Source: Marsupella aquatica (Eukaryota; Plantae; Marchantiophyta). From it: DNA of 64,000 nt. The notes beneath the pieces were generated by a model. It ran no database searches. It was not told the DNA's origin and saw nothing but the letters and a program-made list of their open reading frames with translations. Positions 52,594-64,000 of the stretch are shown here, piece by piece. Position 1 is the stretch's first letter. Every line of letters starts with the position of its first letter. The position numbers and the translations under genes are program-made. The stretch covers positions 16,476,216-16,540,215 of the forward strand of contig OZ316894.1 in NCBI GenBank assembly GCA_973895155.1, read 5' to 3'.

Positions 52594-53760
52594 CTTTGGC
52601 GGGCTATTTGTAGAATTTGGCACTGCTATGAAATTAGGATTGATTTATACAATGAGACCCCGGACATCTCATTGCTGCATCTCCCGACTTGTAGTGCTCA
52701 ATCCTCAACTTTGAGACCTTTATTAGATTTATGCAAGGGATGAGATCCATTTAGAGAAAGAGAGGCTTGGTTTGTAAGCAGCCGTAGGTGAAATATCTAC
52801 GTAATAATTGATAGGGCTGCTAAATCCTATACATTGAACCCAATATGAAATTTATTCAAGGGATGCGATACATCTAGAGCTCTAGAGAGGCTTGGTTTGT
52901 AGGTAGCCTTTGGTGAAACATCTCCCTATCTGATGAGAATGCCTGATCCTATACATTGAACCCTCTATGAGATTTATTCAAGGGATGAGATGCATGAATC
53001 CTATACATTGAAACATGCATGAGATTTACTCAAAGGATGAGATCCATTTAGAGCAAAAGACAGGTTTTGCTTGTAAATAGCCTTTGGTGAAAAGTCTCCC
53101 TATCTGATAGGTCTACTGAATTCTATACATTGATTCCACTATGAGATTTATTCAAAGGATGAGATCCATTTTGAGAGAAAGAGACTCTTGGGTTGTAAGA
53201 GGACTTTGGTGAAACATCTAGTCATTTGATGTGAGTGCCTAATCCTATATATTGAACCCAGGTGTATGAGATTGACTCAAGGGATGGGATCCGTTTACAG
53301 AGGGATGCTGAATACTATTTATTGAACTTTGTATGAGATCTATTCAAGGATGAGATCCCATGAATTGTATACCTTGAACCCTCTATGAGGTTTATTAAAG
53401 GGATGAGATCCATGGAGAGAAAGGGAGAGAGGGCTTTATGAAAAAGATGAGATCCATTGATAGAGGGAGAGAGCGCATGTCAAGGGCTTTATTAAAGGAT
53501 GAGATCCATTGAGAGAGAAAGAGAGAGAGAGGGAGAGCGGACATTATTAAAGGGATGAGATCCATTGAGAGGGAGAGAGAGGGGCTTTATTTAAAGGGAT
53601 GAGATCCATTGAAAGAGGAGAGGGGGAGAGCAAGAGGCTTTATTAAAGGGAAAGGGATGAGATCCATTGAGAGAGGGGGAGAGAGGAAACAGGGGCTTTA
53701 TTAAAGGGATGAGACCCATTGAATGAGGGAGAGAGGGGTTTTATTAAAGGGATGAGATCC

Positions 53761-53824
<64 letters not shown>

Positions 53825-53864
53825 ATTAAAGGGATGAGATCCATTGAGAGAGAGAGAGATATGT

Positions 53865-53904
<40 letters not shown>

Positions 53905-55519
53905 CATTGATTTTTTGGGAGAGAGGGGTTTTATTAAAGGGATGAGATCCATTGAGAGAGGGAGAGAGAGGGGCTTCATCAAAGGCATGAGATCCATTGA
54001 AAGAGGGAGAGACAGGGGCTTTATTAAAGGGATGAGATCCATTGATTGAAAGGTGGGAGAGAGGGCCTTTATTATTAAAGGGATGAGATCCCATTGAGAG
54101 AGGGACAGAAGGTAGGGGTGGGGGGAGGGGGGCTTTGGTTTGTACATGGCCTTTGGTGATTTGAGCTGCAGATTCAGCAAGGGTTTCGTGGGTGCCCCTC
54201 AACTGGGTCTGCCAACCTTGATATTCATCGTATACTTTAAGTGCCTCGTTAGAAAGTCTTTGCAGATCCTGCTTCGTCTGTTTCCGAGCATCCTCGTACA
54301 TTCCTTGGAGGTCCGTCAAGCTTTTTTTGGCCTCCTCTCGTCGAGTCTGCGACTGCTCTGCCAAATCCTCGACCGACCCATACACGCTAGCTATGGAATT
54401 CGCCAGACTGTTGCTTTTCTCTTGCAGCGCGCCCAACTCAGTCGTCATCACTTCTGAAAGCTCCTCATGCTTGCGAGCAACGTCCTTCTGCAGCCCGTGG
54501 ACGTCTTCTAGCCCGCTTCGCACGAGGAGTGAAGTCTCCTGCATCTTCTCCATCCCCTGCTGGATCGAGTCCTGTAAGGCCACATGGCCCTTCTGCAAAA
54601 TTTCCTGAGCTTCGAGTATGTACCCGGTGTGCTCCATGATCGCCGAATGCTGCGCGTCGAGATGTACGTTCATCTTCTCCAATTTGCCCTGAGTCACGTG
54701 GGCAGAGTCTTGCAGCAGCGTCACCGCCCTCTCCGTCTCGAGTTTGAATTCCTCACTCCTGCGGAATTCGCCGTCACCAGGCAAGAATGAACGTTGTCAC
54801 GACGACTATCGATGTGCATTTGTTTAAAGTTTGGTCGCTTAGGGTTTGCCATATTTATCTCATGATAGTATCCATCAGGCAGTACAGTGCAGTGCACAGC
54901 TAGTCACCATAGTACAACGGACTAGCTCACAACAAGTCACCTTGACCATGAATTAAGTAAATCTTGATGCATAGACTCAGAATGCACGACATGAGGGAAC
55001 TTACTGTAAATAATGGCACATTGCTGCTAGGTCCACGAAAAAGGCCAGGAAGATGGAGTGAGTGTGATCATCCAACACCCTCACGCAGGTAACAACGGGG
55101 ACACTATTAGGACAGTTCTTCAGCGCTTTGCGCCCGGAAGTCACTAAGAAACAATCTGTCAACCGAAGAGCCAATCTTGATTTTTTGGCCTCGTCGTTCA
55201 GAATTTCTCTACAACCTGTTTCCATTCCCTCGTAAGCTTTCTGCCAACAGGTGTGCCCTGTAGCCATCAGGGATGTGGATTTCTCGTATAGTTCTTTCCC
55301 TCTAACGGCCAGAACTCCCACGGAGTCCAATTCAAATGCGGCACCGCCGCGGTCCTGGATTGCACTCTTTCCGTAGGAGGTGGAGTCAGAATCCTTCTTA
55401 GTCCCACCAAACCATCCCCAAGCTTCGGTGTCCAGCACTTCCAAACTCAAGATTAAGACGAGTAGCGGCATTCGTAACCCAACACATGGTATTGCTCGTG
55501 GTGTTCTGTGACTTCCCAT
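49407..55519 (-). CDS. GEX1: GAMETE EXPRESSED 1 (Kar5/GEX1/Brambleberry nuclear-fusion family)
   Basis: Exons 55519-55005, 54758-54146, 51315-51117, 50892-50727 and 49629-49407. Signal peptide plus WGWFG, Cys-rich domain (CWQKAY..C..LTDCFL..C..C..CHYLQ), SEEFKLETERAV coiled coil, ESRILRSAGFY, RLSLYIGL and further hydrophobic helices, then YKDYKVINNQML. Confidence 0.93.
49714..50232. mobile_element. Fold-back / long-TIR non-autonomous element in the last GEX1 intron
   Basis: Arm 49714-49812 (ctgagatttactagcttgcc...tgtccaaatacatact...ttagtttaa...gggtta) is an imperfect reverse complement of 50129-50232. Confidence 0.65.
52330..54100. repeat. (GA)n microsatellites plus compound minisatellite with core ttattaaagggatgagatccattga, in GEX1 intron 2
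   Basis: Pure GA tracts at about 52330-52365, 52542-52591, 53764-53820 and 53866-53902. The core motif recurs more than 15 times between about 52725 and 54095. Confidence 0.95.
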
Positions 55520-56435
55520 GTAAACTAGCGCATGATAGGAGTTGAGATTTAAATCTCATGAATTCAGACGCATTCTGCCATTTGGAGAGATGAAGGCTGC
55601 GCTTGATGGCAACAGGACTCGTTCCGAAGTGCTCTCAACAAGCTGATTTGCAACGCACAAATTTCCCTAACAAAAAATACGGGAGACCTAGTTGACCCAC
55701 ATTTTCAATATCCTGTCCATCGATTTTGCTTGATCTCAGTTTGGGAATCGTCACAAGCACGTACATGATGCCACATCATCCTTTCTCCAATAGACTGATT
55801 CTATTGAACCAATTCGTATCTTTAGTCAACTGTCTGATGGAATCATCGAGTCACATCACATATTCTAGTGGATGCTTAACCTCCAGTCCTGTTTGCAGAA
55901 CGGACCTCAACCATTTGATCTGATTAAATGAAGTCCAAAGGATTCAGTGAGCGTAATCCCATGGTTAAAAACGAGAATCAAGAGATACGAAAAGTTGTGT
56001 CTTATGGATAATCGGATCTCGCGTACCAATTTGGGGCATAGAAACTTATAGGTACGGTCAGTACGGGGCTGACAAACATAATCAATCTCTTTATCTCTTG
56101 TACAAGATGTAATAGCCTGATGGCGTGGTAATGTCTTAGATTCATGCCAAGCCATCCTTGGCAATTAAAATTGGACAAGACCTACCCTTAAGGAATCCTG
56201 AATCTCAAGTTCCACCAGCAAGCATGAGTTTGGGGATGATAATCTTCGGAATATCAAGTCAATTGTCCAGAGGAGTCCAAGCGTCACGGCTGTCAAGTAC
56301 TACTTTGAATCCTTCCCAAGACGAACAGCAACTGGCAGAGAATGCGTTCCTACGTCTGTTCTGCTAGACTTCTCCCATGTCAGTTGGCACCTACTGATCA
56401 GAGGTTCATTGATATGAAAGTCCGTTCCTTCTTCC

Positions 56436-59123
<2,688 letters not shown>

Positions 59124-60071
59124 TGTCTGACCGTCTATGATTCAATCTGTCTATCGATTCATGACCTGCCCATAAACGTGAATTGAAAAATGTAGTCAAT
59201 ACCCAACCGTCCTGTTGTCATCAAGAATTCAAACATGCGGGAAGATCAGGACATTCCTGCTTCTGGTAAAACTCAATCAAGAATGAAATGAATGCTGTAA
59301 GCAGAGACCTTCCGAAGACCGTCACTGCCTGGAACAAGAAACTCTGAGCTGTTATCAATCCTCTTCTAGAGGATATCAGACAAGTCGAGCACTGAAATGA
59401 ATTTTCAAAAACGCAAAACGGTATCGCTTGACCATGAGAAGACACAGGGCAGGAATTTTAAATTCTCGTGCATCCAGGTTATCCGCGAATGTCACCCAAT
59501 GAACCTATTGCTTCAGGTGACATGAGCTGCGATTGTACATCTACCAAATCTGCTGAGAGGAGTAAAATTTAACTTGGGCCCCATCATTCTCTCTTGTTGT
59601 GGCTGTCACCACCCCTACAGTCATGACTGTCTTCCCTCACCTTCAAAGGATCCTAAAAAGCTAATAATGTCAAGCTGTCAACCCATTTAGTGACAGGAAT
59701 AATGGAGTAAGTTACAGTCCGCAAGTTATAAAACTGAAACACAATTGCTTAATGTATATATGATATGATATGATACTTGGGGTCTTATATCGATTACTAG
59801 CTTGTGACCAGAAAACAAGGAAAACCTGATTGGCTTTCTGGAAAATCTGAGTTTTCTTGGAGCAAGGTTTGGGCTAGAACCCATGCCCAGACTTCCATTA
59901 CAGTATATAATTAATGTCTGGAAGAATGTTACTTCATGGCAAGAGATTATGGGTAGCAGGTACCTCTGAAAAGGGTTACACACCCAGAACCTGCATCCGT
60001 ACATAAATTGTACATAAATTGTACGTAGCATAACCCATCTCCTAGAGGGGTTTATGGGTTGTAATTTGAGA

Positions 60072-60520
60072 GGGCGGTCAGCCCAAGGGGATTACTGACC
60101 ATGGCCCCGGAAGGCGGGGTGAATTGTTGAGCGTAAATGAGACAAGTGAATGTTGGGAAACCTATGTTTGGGAAGAGATGGTGGTCAGCCAGAGGGAATT
60201 ACTGGCCATAGCCCCCAAAAGATGGGTTATCAAGCATAAACTGGACGAGTGAATATTGGGAAAATATATTTGGGAGGAGTGTGGCCATGATCAGCACCAG
60301 TAGCACACCAGGTCGACTACTTCATCAGAAATTAGTTGTTGATATGAGATTTCAGTGGTCAATTACTTCATCAATTATTAGTAGTTGATATCAAATATCA
60401 GTGGTTGACTACTTCATCAGTTGTCAATGTCTACTATTTCAACAGTTATCAATCGTTGATCTATGTCATCAGTAACTGATATCAATTATCATCGCTCAAC
60501 TACTTCATCAGTTATCAGTT
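60072..60520. repeat. Degenerate ~108-bp direct repeat pair followed by short tacttcatca repeats
   Basis: ggtcagcc..gggattactg.ccat.gcccc...gtgaat.ttgggaaa...tttggga occurs twice (about 60075 and 60183). (ac)tacttcatca recurs four times at about 60316-60510. Confidence 0.6.
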
Positions 60521-63500
60521 TTTCCGTCTTTAATTTTTGTAAATCTCAGCTGAGTAGCCGAGATGGGCCCAATCTCGGCTATCCTTGCCACGATGGGGAT
60601 ATGGACAAAACAAAAATCCAAACAAAAATCCCCAAATTTTCCCGAAATGTAAAAATTCCTCTTCTGTCTAGTGTGGACGGCCCATAGTGAAATTGTTTTC
60701 TGAATAAAACAAATTGACTCTTAAATGTTTTTTCCCACCAAAACTCGATAGCCTCTCTGAATGACATGGCAACTGATATCCAACAAACTGTGACTGATAA
60801 CTGATGAGATAGTTGTACTTGTAGTGCAATGTACTTGTAATTAGGTTGACGCAAGAAATTTGAGATGAGAAGTATTGGTATTCCAAGTCAGATGGTGGAC
60901 TGGAAAAATATTTAAGTTGTCTCAAAAATGGGGAGCAATATAAAATCCCACATACGGCAGCCTGAAAACCTCTATTTGAGGTGATACCTGGAAAATGTAT
61001 CATGAGGAAACTTTCTGGTTTGGAAAAATTCAACCATGGGATGAGGACAGCATGGAAGCAAGCTAAACATAAAATTTTGGAAACAAAGATTGCCAACCAA
61101 GTTATGACTAAGGTAGAGACGTAATTCAGGGAATCTCCTAGTCAAGTAACATAGAGTTTCAAATCACAAAATCTCCATATGAGGCTGGTGAGGAAGTCAC
61201 AAGAGAAGATTCACAAGGAGAGTTGACTAGGCCTAAAGAGGAGGGTGACCTAGAATATTTCCTTGAATGTTTCCCTGTCCTATCCTGACTGTTTCTTCAT
61301 ATATTTTTGGGGTACATTTCTTGGACCTTGTTATCAAATTATTGTGAGTGGTCTTGACTGGTTGTGGTCTAAAATTGACTTGATGGCGTCTGTACAATGA
61401 ACCCTGTCTAAGTGCAGGCTCTCAGGAATACATCACCAGCCAGCACTTACCTACATAATGCACTATGTTGTAAGGGCACTGGATATCATTTATGCACTTT
61501 TACATAATTGCACTAACTATACTATCTAAAAAGTGCATGGGAAATCACTTGTGCATTTTCCCTTTGTGTCGTCAGGTCACACACATTGGACTCATCATAC
61601 CCCAAGCCATATTGCACAATTCAACTAAATAAGTGTATGAAACTACTTTATGCAGTTGTTTGCTGCACTTATCAATAAACATTTTTTAATATTGTGGTAA
61701 CTGATAGATACAGGTGTACACTTATAAACTGAAACACACTTATGTATTTGTCACTTAGTGCCCATATTTTGTGGTTTTAGTGAGGGTTCTATGCAGAGGG
61801 TTTTAATGGAATTCATGCAGAATAAAAAATATATTTAATTTTTAAATTAATAAATAACTGTCATGAACTAAGATGATACACAACACATATCCTTAAAGTT
61901 TTTACAACATTATAACGTCATCAAGTCAATCAGATCCTTAACCCGGCCATGAATCCAGCAAATGTCATTTTTGGATGAAATGTGTAAGATCGGTTTTGAG
62001 TGAGGATCCAACAAACAACAACTTTATTCCAAGTCAACCAGTGAATGCCTCTTCTACTCTAGGTGTCACAGGAGGCATGAATGCGTAAGGAAAGGCTTTG
62101 AGTCATGAAAAATCACTGTAGTTTGAAGTCAACAAGAGATTGTCTCCTCGGAATTGCTGAATGCTGTTCCAAATTCTCTCTCAATAATTGATGTTGGTGG
62201 AAGGTTTCCGGTCTCCAAGTGTGGGGTTGACTTAGTGTGTTATTAGTATATCACCTGTAATGATGCACTAAATAAATGCTTTATTTTATGAAGAGAATTT
62301 TCTGGAATTATTCTTATTTTGAATTTGAATGATTTATTTTATTTTATTAAGGACATACTGTAGGATGAAGTACAATCTTTATTTCTGCGTGATAAATGCA
62401 TTTTTATTATTTCCTACCGATTATTAAAAATTGGTAAAAAAAACTGTGAAAATATCAAGCTTTTTTAGGCTGCATGTGTTTCTACTTAAAAATAAACAGA
62501 TTCTCCTTTACTGGATGGTTGGCAGTGCAAAGAAGGACATAACTGGCCAATCATGCATTGTCAGTACTTGATGGACACCAAAGTTAAATTTAAGACTTAA
62601 CTACAGTAGGCACTTTTGACGGTGAACCAGTATGAATTCTTAAACTGCAGTAACACCGCACACACCTCTTGACTCAGGAACTTCTTGAATCAGGCACAAA
62701 TAATTAATGGACACCCTACTTCCATAAGCTTCAATTCTTGTAACGAAGCTAATCCAGGTCTCCTGTTTTTGTTTTAAATTCTGAAAATAATGCATATATC
62801 ACTGTGAAGTCAATGTTTACATCAAAATGCTTCAAACATTCTTAAAACTTGCATCACAAAATTACTTTGATGTTTCATAAGTACTTGAAAATTAGTCAGG
62901 TACAAAATTATAATATTAATCAAGTTTTTGCACAAGCCAGGATGGGACTATAGCAGTAACAATTGTTGCTAGTGTATTTTTTAATTGGCTAAGAACTGCC
63001 AAAATCTTTGTATATCCAACTCCCGGTGAAATGATACAAAGAAAAGCAAAGTGATCAAACAGTAATACCTATTACTTCTGAATAAATATAAGGTGGGTCC
63101 CACATTATTTCCCTCATAGACCTTTGAGGCATTTGCCAATTTGAACAACATACAGAACACAAACTATTAACTGATGGAATTTGCGAGACAACCATTGGTA
63201 TGGTGCCATGATGCTTTGAGAGTACCAACCAGGTGCCCAAAGGAGTTGAATAAATATATCTTCCTTAAAATGTTGTGACACATGAAGACTGAATGGATGA
63301 TTCTTGACTTTGTATCTTTTATTGCACATCCCTCCATCTGGAACTTTCATGCAATTCATGCCAAAAAAAACCTACCACACTGTCTCAATACTAGACTCCA
63401 TTCCATCTATTCAATGAACATACCAAATTTCAAGAACTAGTGGCTAGCCCTAACTATATCTCAACCAAGTGGAAAGTAATTAGTGGATAAAGCTCAACAA

Positions 63501-64000
63501 AAGCTCAACTAAGTAGAAACTTGCACCCCCAAATTTCTTTCAACCTCCTTGCCCACCCTAACTTTCCACTTGCTTTATCCCCAAATCCTAACTGGTTTTT
63601 TCTGTTTCACCTTAGCCTCTTTCATACAATTGATTTAATGAAGGTAATCAAAACGTTTTGGGACTTGAATTTTCTTCAAATTTTTGTAGTAAATAGGTCC
63701 CCAAGGTAGGTAGCTCTTTAAAAATTAAATCTCATCCCATACAGCCCCAGGGAACAAAATTATGGTTAGAGAACTCTTTTGATGCATCTTAGGATATTCA
63801 CATACCACAGTAATATAGAAATAACATCATGAAAACCCTAAAAGAATAATCAATTAATTGTCATTGGTTGAAAGTGATGAAGAACTAAACTTAAGATTAG
63901 CCCCATACCTGAGTGTCCGATATTTCTGACGTTAGTATAAGGTTAAATACCTTGAGCAAATTGAAAGTGCACATTTCATCATTAATTATCAACACTTATC

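Noticed and set aside
52291-54049. ERERER / LSLSLS ORFs and the read-through tail of ORF 53864-54784
   Set aside because: These are (GA)n artefacts. GEX1 exon 2 ends at the donor after 54146.
53390-54100. Constant ~25-bp repeat with variable spacers resembling a CRISPR array
   Set aside because: The spacers are low-complexity GA tracts of irregular length, the array lies in a plant intron, and there are no cas genes.

Overview
Eukaryotic nuclear DNA from a land plant. The intron-rich, gene-dense layout is compatible with a bryophyte-grade genome, but the taxon cannot be fixed from sequence alone. Nine protein-coding loci can be reconstructed by hand with frame-consistent GT-AG junctions. They are a STEEP1/CXorf56 + DUF167 (At5g63440-like) gene running off the left edge, an At3g52610-like CoA-acyltransferase/condensation-fold gene, an F-box/kelch-like gene, a truncated calmodulin-like EF-hand gene, an intronless RPS16, a prolyl 4-hydroxylase, a CbbY-like HAD protein, GEX1 and DPM1. 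Intergenic and intronic DNA holds several 80-140 bp tandem arrays, two copies of a MITE, a fold-back element, a tRNA-like SINE candidate and a compound (GA)n minisatellite. The most unusual signal is a 54-aa upstream ORF resembling the N-terminus of splicing factor ISY1. Its stop codon overlaps (ATGA) the start codon of the acyltransferase-like gene. All homology calls rest on recalled family motifs, not database searches.
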